A DNA stretch of 64,000 bases. It comes from Mobula hypostoma. Lineage: Eukaryota. Within the stretch, counting starts at the first letter, position 1. Each line of letters begins with the position of its first letter. The stretch is from positions 94,118,001-94,182,000 of the forward strand of contig NC_086108.1 in NCBI RefSeq assembly GCF_963921235.1, read 5' to 3'. The notes under the pieces were generated by a model. The model was given only the letters and a program-made list of their open reading frames with translations. It searched no databases and was not told where the DNA came from. This document shows positions 1 through 12,658 of this stretch, piece by piece. Position numbers and translations under genes: made by a program.

Positions 1-119
1 AGCAGGCCAGGCATCTCTAGGAACAGGTACAGTCGACGTTTCGGCCCGTAACTTTTATGTGTGTTGCTTGAGTCTATTTCCATGCTAATTACTGTATGAC
101 TGTCTGGAGGGGTGTGTTA

Positions 120-1075
120 AACAATCGTGCGTTATACTGGCACCAGGAACCGGATAGCGGGCCCTCTCTCCGCCGCAGTGCTCGATGACTCTAATAGAGC
201 TGAATAGTTCTCTGCCAGATCCCCGAACGAAGCTTCGGGAAGTGAAAACGGGGTGGGGTTGGGGAGGAAATCCCGGCCTCTGGTTATCTTGTCTGATCAC
301 ACAATGTCCTGGCGCTAATGCTTCCCGATCCTTGAAACGTGTTGGTGGTCCCCATGCACGGGCTGAGAACTGTCTGGGTGGGAAATTGATGAGTCTGCCT
401 TTGAAAGGTATTTACGTCTGCAAGTTGGTGGGATATGAATGAGGGGGCCATTCAGTGTGTGGCTGTTTACACCTGACTTCATTACTTGTCTTGTTGGGAT
501 CGGGATCGGGAGCGGAGCCGGGTCAGCTGCCCGCGGAAGGGACTACAGGTGCGCAAACACAAAGGCTCGGAGCAAAAGAGACTTCATTCCCCCCCGAATC
601 GCATACACGATGGCCGCTTGAGTAGTCATAACATTTACAGAGAGATAAGGAATACAAAGGGCTACCAGGATAGTACCGCGGCTCTGATCCTGAAACAATC
701 TGCTACGGTGTCAGAAGGTAACAATACTTAAAAGCATTCAGCTGCCTTTGTTCACTGGCTATTTGCCACCGATTCAAAGATAAATAACGTGAAGGTTTAC
801 AGCGAAGTCCCGGAGATATGCTGCCCGTCCAGGTGATCTGCACCCAGAACAGTCAGTGGTTGAGACAAGAACGGCCCCGGACTCGGATACCACGGCACCT
901 CACAGGAAACTCACTGCCTCCAGGAACTGTAAGCTTGCTGTGGTGAGCGGGAACGATGCAGCAAAATCGCTAATGCGCCAGAGTACTTTTCTTCCCGCAA
1001 TCGCCCGCTGGCGTCAGGAAATCTTGAGTGCGGGCGCGTGCTTCACGTAGGCACGAGCATTCCGGTTTCGAAAAG
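120..1075. promoter_or_regulatory. CpG-rich, non-repetitive segment; candidate CpG island or promoter-proximal region
   Basis: Visibly higher CpG density than the CpG-depleted remainder, and not recognisable as a repeat. It lies upstream of the first identified exon. Not quantified. Confidence 0.35.
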
Positions 1076-1184
1076 TTAAGTTGAGGAAATACTGCTTTAT
1101 TGGGCAAAAAATAAACTTGAGGAATGCATTTAGATCTAGTAACTGAGTGTGGCTTTTGGTTTGTTCAAAATTCTCTGTTCAAAA

Positions 1185-2043
1185 AGGACATCGACGGTGG
1201 TGACGAATCAGCGTGTAGGAAGGAGATTGAAAATCTGGCTGAGTGGTGGCACAAAACAACCTCTCTCTGACCAAGGGGCGGATTATTGACATGAGCCAGT
1301 CCTCATGGGGGGATTAGAGGTGGGGAGGGTCAGCAACTTTAACTTCCTTTGTGTTATTATTTAAGAGGACCTGTCCTGGGCCCAGCACAGAAGAAGAAAG
1401 ATAGCAGCACCTCTAATTCCTTAGGAGTGTGTGAAGATTTGGCAAGACATCTAAAACATTGACAAACTTCTATAGATATGTGGTGGAGAGTATATTGACT
1501 GATTGCATCACAGCCTGGTATGGAAACAGAAAATCCTATAAAAAGTAGTAGTTATGGCTGGCCCATCACAGGTAAAGCCCTACCCACCATTAAGCACATC
1601 TACACAGTGTTGTTGCAGGAAAGCAGCATCCATCATCAGGGCCCCCCACCACTCTCTCCTTGCTGATGCCATCAGGAAGAGAAGTTAAGAGCTTCAGGAC
1701 TCACACCACCAGGTTCAGGAACTGTTATTACCCCTCAACCGCCAGACTCTTCAACCAAAGGTGATAACTTCACCCACCCTATCACTAAAATGTTTGTGGA
1801 CTCACTTTCAAGGACTCTTCATCTCATGTCTTGATATTTATTGCTTATTTATTCATTATTATCTCTTTCTTTTTGTATTTGCAGTATTTTTTTGCACACT
1901 GGTTGAACTCCTAGATGGTGCAGTTTTTCATTGCTTCTGTTTGGGTATTACATGGATTTGTTGAGTATACCCGCGAGAAAATTAATTTCAGGGTTGTATA
2001 TAGTGACTTATATGTACTTTGATACTAAATTTACTTTGAACTT
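1185..2043 (+). mobile_element. Rex1/Babar-type LINE, decayed 3' fragment
   Basis: Degenerate NFYRxxVESILTxCITAWYG coding remnant, plus a 3' UTR ending aaatttactttgaacttt shared with many other copies. Confidence 0.75.
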
Positions 2044-2309
2044 TCAACAAATGGAGTTATGATTTAGTTGGAATTATGAACTATGAAGGCCTTCCACATG
2101 GCTGAAGCTGTGGGAAGATGTGCTGTCGATTTTATGCTACAAATTAGGACAAGGTTAAACCTGTCCATTATTCAGTAAGATGGTGGCTGAACTGATTACG
2201 ATTACACCACATTCCTGTCCCCCCCCCCCACCCCCACAGTGATCTTTCAATGCCTTGTTTATCGGGAAATTGTCTGCACTTCCTTAGAGCAGAGTTGAGG
2301 AGGAAAGCG

Positions 2310-2870
2310 GGGAGGTGGTGATTCTGTGGAATTCATTGCCTCAGGTGGCTGTGGAAACCACGTCATGGGTAGGCATTGGAATGGGCCCAGAGGAGGTTCA
2401 CGACAATAATTCTGGGAATGGAAAGATTAAAGTATGAGGAGGTTTTGACGGCTCGATGCCTGTACTTGGTGGAGTTTGAACAATGTGGGATGAGGTCACT
2501 GAAACTTACCAGATATTGAAAGATCTAGATAGAAGAAGTGTGGCGAGGACGTTCCCTATGGTGGCGGGGGGGGGGGGTCTAGAACCAGAGGGCACAGTCT
2601 CAGAATAGAGGGATAGCAATTAGAACAGAGATGAGGAAGAATTTCTTTAGCCAGAGGGTGGTGAACCTGTGAAATTCATTGCCACAGGCTGCTGTGGAGG
2701 CCAAGTCATTGGATATATTTAAAGCAGAGGTTGATAGATTCTTGATTAGTCAGAGCACCAAAGGTTACAGGGAGAAGGAGGGTTGAGGGGGAAAATAAAT
2801 CAGCCATGATAGAATGACGATGCAGACTCGATGGGCCGAATGGTCAAATTCTGCTCCTATGTCTTATGGT
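2310..2870 (+). mobile_element. CR1-type LINE 3' fragment
   Basis: TRGH-like and RxFFSQRVVNLWNSLP coding remnant, with the tail gggccgaatgg...ttctgctcctatgtcttatgg. Confidence 0.75.
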
Positions 2871-3922
2871 TGGCCTTAAAAACACAAAGAGTCTGTCTTC
2901 GCCACCCCCTGAAGAAGGGAATTTCAGACTTTTGAGAGAAGTAAAATCATCTAATTAATACCTCAATTGGGCAACACTTCTGCAAGCATCGATAGCTCCA
3001 GATTCCCACAGAGAAGAAACACCCTCTCCAGTTCCATTCCTGCAAAGACTCCCAGGAATAGTTTGTTTCAAATGTTTCACCTCTCATTCTCTTGTCCCCC
3101 AGTGTGTTCAAGCCTTTCCTGTAACGCAGCCATCCGCAGTCTGGCAGGCCTTCTCTGAATTGGTTCAAATAGATTTGCATTTTCTCCCCTAAGGAGATAC
3201 AGCGGACCCGAAAGGGTGTAGAATAAACCAGGTCAGAATGGACAGTGCATATATCCCCAAGTGACATGTCCTGTGGATTGATGGTGCCTGGATGTTGCTG
3301 GCCAGAACAAGTCCTCAGCAGTCCACATATGAGTGCACACACATGCACAATCCAGCTTGTCTTCCACTGAGCGACCACTGGGGGCCAGCCCCAATCCAGC
3401 ATGGACACTGAACCACACTGCCTCCGCCATCTTCTCTCCTGAGTGGCTGAAGAAGCGACTGCATTACCAGTGTCCGACAGCATCGTGCAATCGAGAAAAT
3501 AAACGTCCAAGATAATCACTCGCTGTTAGACCGCTACCGACTCCAACGCCTTCCTGTACCACAACATGCCCAGCTCCTCCACTAACAAGCAACTCGCTGA
3601 TGGAATTGACCTGCAATACTTGAAGTTCTTAATGTCCAGCAGTGGCTTGCAATTGTAAAAAGACAAAAACACCTACACTGCTGTGCCACCCCTGGTTGTT
3701 CTTAACATTTTTCTAACTGATATTTGTTAATATAACTGGTAAACGTAAAATAATGTAGCAACTATTTTTGACATTGTTGGCACACGTCTGTGTTGAATTT
3801 AACCAGAGGTGGTATTGCAGGGGCGGAAATGAAAAGAACTGAAGTTGGACCCTGGGCAAGCAGCGGCTGCCTCTTACACACATCTGCAGATAACATAACT
3901 TTCCCCAACACTCCAGCTTAGT

Positions 3923-4023
3923 AACACACATCAAAGTTGCTGGTGAATGCAGCAGGCCAGGCAGCATCTCTAGGAAGAGGTACAGATGACGTTTCAGGCC
4001 GAGACCCTTCGAGGGCCGAGAAC
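3923..4023 (-). mobile_element. Short Penelope-tail insertion with partial hammerhead motif
   Basis: 12-bp direct repeat ctccagcttagt at 3911-3922 and 4024-4035. The sequence matches the 3' tail of the GIY-YIG-bearing copies. Confidence 0.7.
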
Positions 4024-4384
4024 CTCCAGCTTAGTGTTGGCTGTCTCAGCAATTATGCCCCTCTGGGTTATCATTCTGGATGAATGCTGAGGTTTGACTC
4101 GTAGGGGTGCCGAGTGCCGAGAAGGAGGGGCCTCTGGGTTTGAGTCACTTCACTCAGAGGTGAAGTTCGAGCTAGGTTCGAGGTGCTTCCCACAGAAAGG
4201 CCACTGGGTTTGAGCACTTGATCTTCCCGAGGCTCTCGGAGATGTTATCAAAATTCTGAGATTTATGGATTGGACTGTAGCTCATATTGGCCTCTTTCAG
4301 CTTTTTTTTTCACATTCTTGTCCTTTCTTTCTTGTTGGCGATTGGCAGGCTGGGGTTTTGGAGTTTGATGTTCTTGTTGTGTGT

Positions 4385-5964
4385 GGGCGATCTATTAGTT
4401 TTTGTACATAGAATAGTTACATGATAAATAGTACAAAGACAGAAATAATTTTTTTTAAAAATTGAGGTAGTGTTCATGGGTTCACCATCCATTTAGAAAT
4501 GAGATGGCAGAGGGGAAGATGCTGTCCTCCTTCCTGACGGTAACAATGAGAAGAAGGTATATCCTGGGAGACAGGAGTCCTTAATAATGGACGCGGTCTT
4601 TTTGAGGCACTGCTCCTTGAAACTCTGTTGGATACTGCAGAGGCTAGAGATGACTAATTTAACATCTTTCTGTAGCTTCTTTCAATCTTGTGCAGTAGCC
4701 CCTCCCCCCATACCAGACAGTGTTGCAACCTATCAGAATGCTCTCCACAGTACATCTATAGAAATTTTCAAGTGTTTTTGGTGACAAACCAAATCTCCTC
4801 AAACTCCTAATAAAATATAGCTGCTGTCTTGCCTTCTTTATAACTGCATTGATATGTTGGGACCAGGTTAGGTCCTCAGAGATCTTGACACCCAGGCACC
4901 TGAAATTGCTCATTCTCTCCACTTCTGATCCCTCTATGAGAATTGGTTCGTGTTGCTTCATCTTACCCTTCCTTAAGTCCACAATCAGCTCTTTCGTCTT
5001 ACTGATGTTGAGTGCAAGGCTGTTACCACTCAACTAGCTGGTATATCTCACTCCTGTACGCCCTCTCGTCGCCATCTGAGATTCTATCGACAATGGCTGT
5101 GTCATCAGCAAATTTATAGATTGCATTTGAGCTATGCCTAGCAACACAGTCATGAGTGTAGAGAGAGTAGAGCAGTGGGCTAAGCACACACCCCTGAGGT
5201 GCACTAGTGTTGATCGTCAGCAAGGAAGAGATATTATCAGCAATCCTTATATATTGTGGTCTTCCGGTGAGGAAGCCGATGATTCAATTGCAGAGGGAGA
5301 TACAGAGGCACAGATTTTGTAGCTTATCAATCAGGACTGTGAGAATGGTGGTATTAAATGCTGAGCTATAGTCAACAAATAGCATCCTGACATAGGTATG
5401 TGTATTGTCCAGATGATCTAAGGCCGTGTGAAGAGCCAAAGAGATCGTATCTGCCGTAGATCTATTGTGCTGATAGACAAATTGCAGAGGGTCCAGGTTC
5501 TTGCTGAGGCAGGTGTTGATTCAGGCCATGACCATGCTGTCAAAGCATTTCATCACTATAGATGTGAGTACTACTGGGCAATAATCATTAAGGTAGCTCA
5601 TACTACTCTTCTTAGGCACTGGTATAATTGTTGCCATTTTGAAGCAAGTGGGAAATTACTACTGTAGCAATGAGAGGTTGAAAATGCCTTGAATACACCC
5701 ACCAGTTGGTTGGCACAAGTTTTCAGAGCCTTACCAGGTACTCCATCGCAGCCTGCCGCCTCGCGAAGGTTCATCTTCTTGAAAGAGCCTGACATCGGCT
5801 TCCGAGACAGAGATCACAGAGTCACCAGGTAAAACAGGGATCTTCACAGCTGTAGTTACATTCTCCCTTTCAAAGCGGGCATAGAAGGTGTTGAGCTCAT
5901 CTGGTGGTGAAGCAAGGCTGCCATTCGTGCTATCGGGTTTTGCTTTGTAGGAAGTAACATTCAA
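4385..5964 (-). mobile_element. Rex1/Babar-type LINE, fragmented reverse transcriptase pseudogene
   Basis: Minus-strand ORF pieces with [25 protein letters not shown] and KKARQQLYFIRSLRRFG. Frameshifted; same family as 15746-18177. Confidence 0.9.
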
Positions 5965-6342
5965 GGTGACGGTTAATGCCTTAAATTCTTCGTAGTCCTA
6001 ACTTTGTTTCATTTGCACTCCTGGCTGTTTCTGGCATCGCCAAGCCTGAATGCTTGAAACTGCTGTGAGCAAAACAGTTCTGAATTGTTTTATTGCTTAT
6101 TTCTCACAAACTGTCAATGACAAAAATCACTGCTTTTTGTAAACAAATGCACGCAACTGACATTATTTGAAAAATAGTTTGCTCAAAGCATGAATGTAGT
6201 GTCTTAATGTCTGCACAAGTTCACGCGACTGACACTAGTTAGAACCTTAAACACAAAATAATCTGCAGATGCTGGAGTCAAAGCAACACTCACAACACAC
6301 TGGAGGAACTCAGCAGGTCGGGCAGCATCCGTGGAAACGATG

Positions 6343-6378
6343 AGTCAACGTTTCGGGCCGGAACTCTTCGTCAGGACT
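6343..6378 (-). ncRNA. Minimal type I hammerhead ribozyme motif (Penelope-associated)
   Basis: Reverse complement reads agtc-CTGACGA-a-gagttccggccc-GAAA-cg-TT-gact: stem I, both core boxes, stem II with one mismatch, and a palindromic AACGTT at stem III. Confidence 0.65.
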
Positions 6379-7642
6379 GTAGAGGGAAGGGGCAGAGGCC
6401 CTATAAAGAAGGTGGGGGGAGGGTGGGAAGGAGAAGGCTGGTAGGTTCCAGGTGAAAAACCAGTAAGGGGAAAGATAAAGGGGTGGGGGAGGGGAAGCAG
6501 GGAGGTGATAGGCAGGAAAGGTGAAGAAAGAATAGGGGAAAACATAACGGGTAGTAGAAGGAGGCGGAACCATGAGGGAGGTGATAGGCAGCCGGGGGAG
6601 GGGGCAGAGTGGAATAGGGGTAGGGGAAGGGAGGGGGAGGGAATTACCAGAAGTTGGAGAATTCTATGTTCATACCAAGGGGCTGGAGACTACCTAGAGG
6701 GTATATGAGGTGTTGCTCCTCCAACCTGAGTTTAGCCTCATCATGGCAGTAGAGGAGGCCATGTATGGACATATCTGAATGGGAGTGGGAAGCAGAGTTG
6801 AAGTGGGTGGCTACTGGGAGATCCTGTCTGTTTTGGTGGACGGAGCGGAGGTGCTTGACGAAGCGGTCCCCCAATCTGCGTCAGGTTTCACCGATGTAGA
6901 GGAGGCCACACTGGGAGCACCGGATGCAATAGATGACCCCAACAGACTCACAAGTGAAGTGTTGCCTCACTTGGAAGGACTGTTAGGGGCCCTGAATGGT
7001 GGCAAGTGAGGAGGTGTAGGGACAGGTGTAGCACTTGCATTTACAGGGATAAGTGCCAGGTGGGAGATCCGTGGGGAGGGACGTGTGGACCAGGGAGTCG
7101 CGGAGGGACCGATCCTTCACTTGTGAGTCTGTTGGGGTCATCTATTGCATCCGGTGCTCCCGGTGCGGCCTCCTCTACATCGGTGAAACCCAACGCAGAT
7201 TGGGGGACCGCTTCGTCGAGCACCTCCGCTCCATCCGCCAAAACAGACAGGATCTCCCAGTAGCCACCCACTTCAACTCTGCTTCCCACTCCCATTCAGA
7301 TATGTCCATACTACCATGATGAGGCTAAGCTCAGGTTGGAGGAGCAACACCTCATATACCACCTAGGTAGTCTCCAGCCCCTTGGTATGAACGTACAATT
7401 CTCCAACTTCTGGTAATTCCCTCCCCCTCCCTTCTCCTACCCCTATGTCACTCTGCCGCCTCCTTCTACTACCCATTGTGTTTTCCCCTATTCCTTCTTC
7501 ACCCTTCCTGCCTATCACCTCCCTGCTTCCCCTCCCCACCCCTTTGTCTTTTCCCTTACTGGTTTTTCACCTGGAACCTACCAGCCTTCTCCTTCCCAAC
7601 CTCCCCCCACCTTCTTTACAGGGCCTCTGCTCCTTCCCTCTA

Positions 7643-7680
7643 CAGTCCTGATGAAGGGTTCTGGCCCGAAATGTCAACTG
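7643..7680 (+). ncRNA. Minimal type I hammerhead ribozyme motif (CpG-decayed)
   Basis: cagtc-CTGATGA-a-gggttctggccc-GAAA-tg-TC-aactg. Confidence 0.6.
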
Positions 7681-8294
7681 ATCTTTTCCACAGATGCTGC
7701 CCGACTTGCTGAGTTCCTCTGGCGTGTTGTGGGTGTTACTAGTTAGAACCTGTTCGGCAAATCTCCTGCCCCAAATAAATGGCATAAGGTTCCGCATAAA
7801 GGAAGGAAACCAATTTTCATGATTAGTTTTTGTTCCTTAAGAGTTGTCCCAAATAAGCGGCTTCCCCGATCAACCGATGGCCCAATTCATTGTATTACTC
7901 TGGATGCTCCTGTGAAGAGAGAATTCTAATGTTGGACATTGCCTCACACTGGTCTGTGGTGCCCTGGTTCCAGTTTCTGAATGGCTGCAGAACTGGAACC
8001 GGGCTCCTTCATTAACACAAGAGATTCTGCAGACAACACACATCAAAGTTGCTGGTGAACGCTGCAGATGCTGGACATCAGAGTAACACACAGAAAATGC
8101 TGGAAGAACTCTGCAGGCCAAGCTGCACCTATCTCCATTGATGAACAGTCACTGAAATGAGACCTCGATGATCATTGTTGCCTGAAAAGTCTGAAAAGAA
8201 ACAGAATAATGAAAAATTAAAGCATAGAAAAAAATCATTTTTTGTATGTAGATGATTTACTTTTATCATGTTATTGAAGGGTGTGGAAAGCGAC

Positions 8295-8705
8295 TTTGAT
8301 TTCTCCAGCTTCTGGTAATTATTCTCCTCTCCCTTCATCTCCCATTTTTTCAGTTACCCACTACGACCCTGTCCTACCTGTTCTCTTATCCTCACCTGCC
8401 TATCACCTCCCCCTGGTGCCCCTCCTCCTTTCTTCTCTCCCATGGTCCAACCTCCTCTCCTATCAGGTTCCTTCTTTTCCATCTATCATCTCCCAGCTTC
8501 TTACTTCATTCCCCCTCCCTCAACCAGCTGGCTTCACCAATCACCTTCTAGCTTGTCTTGCCTCTCCTCCCCCCACAGTCTATTGTGGCTCCTTCCCCTT
8601 CTTTCCCAGTTCTAAAGAAGGGCCTCATCCCGAGCCGTTGACTGCCTATTTCCCTCCACAGACGCTGCCTGACCTGCTGAGTTCCTCCAGCATTTTGTGT
8701 GTGTT
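8295..8705 (+). mobile_element. Penelope-like 3' UTR fragment (pyrimidine-rich region, degenerate hammerhead and tail)
   Basis: Similar to 7400-7737; ends gctgcctgacctgctgagttcctccagcattttgtgtgtg. Confidence 0.7.
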
Positions 8706-10648
8706 CCTCTGGGCTCAGTCATTGACTGGTGCAGTTTCATCACAGATCCTCCTCACTTGGGCTGGGTGGATTTGGCGCCGTTGTCCCTGTTGGTCAAGTT
8801 TGCTAAGACTTGGGTTTACTTTCACTTCTTCCAATGCAGCATGAAAAATCTTGTCCTCCTCCTTTGAGATTAAAAAAAGATTAGGTTTTTATTTGTCTCA
8901 CATGCATCAAAATATCAAAATATACAGTGAAATGTGGCATTTGTGTCAAAGCAAGTCACGAAGGGTCTCGGCCTGAAACGTCGACTGCACCTCTTCCTAC
9001 AGATGCTGCTTGGCCTGCTGCGTTCACCAGCAACTTTGATATATGCAGCAAGGATTGGGCTGGGCATCCCACCAGTGTCGCCACGCTTCCAGTGCCAACA
9101 TAGCTTGTCCACAACACACTAACCATAGCCGTGCGTCTTTGAACTGGGGGAGGAATCCAGACTCCCAGAGTAAACCCACGCGGTCACGGGGAGAATGTAC
9201 AGGCAGCGGCGGGAATTGAACCCCAGTCGATGATCACTGGTGCTGTAAAGAGATGCTCTAACTGCTTCGCTACCCTGCCTCCCTTAGCGCATTGTATTTT
9301 GTGTGTAACAACAAAGAATTTCACCTCGCATATGACAGTGATAATAAACATGATTCGAATTCTGATACTGCCCACACAAGCAATGTTTTGTGGCCTCCAG
9401 CCATCTCCAAACCTTGCAGCCAATAAAATACTCCGGAAACATAGTCATTGTCAGAAACTATGCAGCTGGCCTGGACTTAGAGTAAAGTTTTAATGATATT
9501 ACTTTAGGGATATAAGTATTGACAGGGGCAAGGGAGTCAATACTCTTCCAATAAAGTATCCTGCAAATATTAGTGAAACTGTCTGTTCACACTCTGCCAG
9601 GTATGGAACACTGACTGATGCCCCATTTAGTCTGTCTCTGCTCTTTTGTGTGTACAGTGTGCTGATCATGTGAGATTTCTCTGACTTCAGTCGAACATAT
9701 GCAGGTCATCCTATACAGGAAATGTTAAAATCACGTACTGTATATAGACGATCCCTTATTTATGTGGGGTAGGGGGGGGAGCGTGGTTGGTTGGGTGGGT
9801 GTGGTAATTTGCAACTTCCCGTAACACGAGGCTATGTCATCTGAGCATGTGTTGATTTATTTACTTTTTAATATATATATGCCTTGAGAACAATCTTGGT
9901 TCTGTATTTTAAGATTTGGGTAGTGATTTGTGGATTTCTGTAAGGACGAATGGCCATAGCACAGGGGTTGCCTGTATTTGGAATGGCGGCCGTGAAGAAT
10001 ATACTGGTTTACCTGATGTTTACAAGAAACCCTGGTCAGAATCTCATGAGTGTAATTTGTTGATCATGGCCCAGTATATTGATAATTCCAAAAATGTACA
10101 ATACCGTGGTCGAAGACTAGTACGTATAGTATTCAAGTCTTCTCCACATTACAGGAAGATATCTGAAGCCCCACAGCAGCTGGTCAATCCATTCTGTCCA
10201 CCTCCCAAGCTCTCATATGTATGGGTATTCGAAGTCCAAAGTATAAATTATAGGAGAGCAAGAGTGCGTACCTGTCCCCACATTGAGATTCTTTTTCTTG
10301 CAGGCATAATCAGTAAATCTATAGAATAGTAACTGTAAACAGGATTGATGCAAGAGCATAGAAGACAGCAAACTGTGCAAATGCAAACATAAATAAGTAG
10401 CAATAAATAACAAGAGCATGAAATAACAAGGTAGGGTTCTTAAAGTGAGATTATTAGTTGTGGGAACTTCTCAGTAGATGAGTGTAGTTATCCTCTTTTG
10501 TTCAAGAGCCTGATGGTTGAGGGGTAGTAACTGTTCTTGAACCAATTTGTAAACTGGGGAGGACCTGTTACCAGTCACAATTGATTATATGTGGTGTGAT
10601 AGACACAGTATGCTGACTGCAATATTTTACTCACAGTTTTCCAATCAC

Positions 10649-10963
10649 GTGTGGGCACGTGGCCAAGTGGTTAAGGCATTCGACTAGCGACCTGAAGGTC
10701 GTGAGTTCGAGCCCCAACCGAGGCAGCGTGTTGTGTCCTTGAGCAAGGCACTTAACCACACGGTGCTCTGTGACGACACTGGTGCCGAGCTGTATTGGCC
10801 TTTGCCCTTCCCTTGGACAACATTGGTGCCGTGGAGAGGGGAGACTTGCAGCATGGGCAACTGCTGGTCTTCCATACAACCTTGCCCAGGCCTGCGCCCT
10901 GGAGAGTGAAGACTTCCCAGGCGCAGATCCATGAAGTCACAAGACTAATGGATGCCTTATAAA
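10649..10963 (+). mobile_element. tRNA-derived SINE, full length, with 10-bp TSD
   Basis: A box TGGCCAAGTGG and B box GTTCGAGCC, followed by the core gtgtccttgagcaaggcacttaacc. TSD ttccaatcac at 10639-10648 and 10964-10973. Confidence 0.85.
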
Positions 10964-11098
10964 TTCCAATCACACTTTCAAGAGATGTACACTGACTATA
11001 TCTCTATTGCAGTCTGATGCAGACAATCACCTGTTTTTAATATACAAACCAATTTTCTGCTGTCCTTTAACACAACCCATTCTTCGTTTTCTCACCAG

Positions 11099-11213
11099 GA
11101 TTTGCTGCATTTGACGGAGGCTGACCTGAGACAGCTGGGAATTCAGAATCAGACACACAGAACTTATATTGTATCCAACATTTCCCTCCTCCAGGAGAGG
11201 GAGAGACAGAAAG
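11099..11213 (+). CDS. Coding exon encoding the C-terminal half of a SAM domain (DLLHLTEADLRQLGIQNQTHRTYIVSNISLLQERERQK); upstream exon of the BCAR3-like gene
   Basis: Pyrimidine tract and acceptor (ttcttcgttttctcaccag|GAT) and donor AAG|gtattt. The peptide fits the SAM pattern LLxLTxxDLxxLGIxxxxHRxxIxxxI. The exon is 115 nt and ends in phase 1, matching the phase-1 start of the exon at 31597 (G|AG = Glu). Confidence 0.8.
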
Positions 11214-11319
11214 GTATTTCATCACAAGATCAAACTCGTCCATTGTTCTGTTGTGTGTGTGTGGAAAGAACTACTGTAGCTGTTTACAAGCTAATGTACA
11301 GATTTTAGATTTGTTTAAG

Positions 11320-11610
11320 ACCATAAGACATAGGAGGCCATTTGGCCCATTGAGCCTGCACTGCCATTCCATCATGGCCGATTTATTTTCCCTCTCAACC
11401 CCAGTCTCCTGCCTTCTCTCCATAATCTCTTGACACCCTTTCTAATCAAGGACCTATCAACCTCCACTTTAATATACCCAATGACATGGCCTTTTCAGCT
11501 GTCTGTGGCAATGAGTTCCAGAGATTTGCCATCCATTGGCTAAAGAAGCTCCTGCTCGTCTCCGTTCTAAAAGAGTGTTCTTCCACTCTGAGTCGGTGCC
11601 CTCTGGTTTT
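11320..11610 (-). mobile_element. CR1-type LINE 3' fragment
   Basis: Reverse complement of the CR1 3' end seen at 2580-2870. Confidence 0.7.
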
Positions 11611-12005
11611 ATCGATTATCTTTGGACATAGGACAATATTTAGTTATGTTGGGCACCCATCTTATTAATGTTAACCTCCTTCATCATAATACCTGGGCAA
11701 AAAAAAATACATACTAATTGGTCAGTTAGTGGGTACCAACCTTATGTCTGAGTCAGATGGTTGTGATTCAAGTCCCACTGCTGAAAGTTAAATGTAATGG
11801 TAGTCTGACAACTGAGTGAGTGCAGCTCTTGCCAGAGGTTCTATGGCCCTCCCCTCCTCAGATCCCATAGAGGTATCTGTCAAAGAGCACAGGGGTTTTC
11901 CCCAGTGTCCCATTTAATATTTCTCCTGAACTAACAAGTATTTGGTGTATCCTGCTTCCGGAGGGAGTGACAGAAATGAATTCCATCACAAGATAATACA
12001 AAAGT

Positions 12006-12658
12006 AGAATCAGAATCAGGCTTAATATCACCAGCATCTGTCGTGAAATTTGTTAACTTTACGGCAGCAGTACAATGAAATACATGATAAATCAATATAG
12101 AGCAAAAAATGAATTACAGTAAGTATATATATGTTTATTAAATAGTGAAAGTAAAATAAGCAGTGCAAAACAAAAAAAAAAGAGGTGAGGTAGTGTTCAT
12201 GGGTTCAATGGCCATTTAGAAATCGGATGGCAGAGGGGAAGAAGCTGTTCCTGAATCACTGAGTGTGTGCCTTCAGGCTCCTGTATCTCCTTCCCTATGG
12301 TAACAGTGAGACGAGAACATGCCCTGGGTGATGGAGGTATGGAGGTCCTTAATGATGGACTCCACCTTCTGAAGGCACCACACCTTGAGGATATCTTGGA
12401 TATTATGGAGGCTAGTACCCATGATGGAGCTGGCCAGTTTTACAATTTCTGCAACTTGCTTCGATCCCGTGCAGTCGCTCCGCCCCTCCCCCTCCCATAC
12501 CAGCAGGTAATGCAGCCAGTCAGAATGATCTTCACAGTACACGTGTGGAGACTTTCCAGTATTTTAGTTGACAAACCAAACCTCTTCAAACTCCAAATGA
12601 AGTATAGCCACAGTCTTGCCTTCTTTATAGCTGCATCAATATTTTGTGTACAGGTTAG
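12006..12658 (-). mobile_element. Rex1/Babar-type LINE 3' fragment
   Basis: KKARLWLYFIWSLKRFG...ILTGCITCWYG remnant, with an (agaatc)n tail at the left end. Confidence 0.8.

Larger units (their letters stand above)
6248..7737. mobile_element. Penelope-like element in fold-back arrangement (two GIY-YIG endonuclease/3' ends, head to head)
   Basis: GVIYCIRCSRCGLLYIGETQRRLGDRFVEH on the + strand and its inverted copy on the - strand. 14-bp flanking direct repeat actagttagaacct at 6234-6247 and 7738-7751. Confidence 0.9.

Noticed and set aside
2947..3519. 190-aa minus-strand ORF
   Set aside because: No recognisable domain. At most a faint resemblance to a decayed RTE-type LINE end, too weak to call.
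7966..8040. VSEWLQ peptide as the missing first half of the SAM domain, and a small hairpin at 7966-8000
   Set aside because: It is not followed by the LxLxxY pattern, no suitable phase-0 donor was seen, and it runs into a repeat. The hairpin is isolated.
8281..8844. 187-aa ORF
   Set aside because: Low-complexity translation of a pyrimidine-rich Penelope UTR and tail.
10653..10730. tRNA gene
   Set aside because: It has A and B boxes but no convincing acceptor stem or poly-T terminator. It continues into a SINE body bounded by a TSD.
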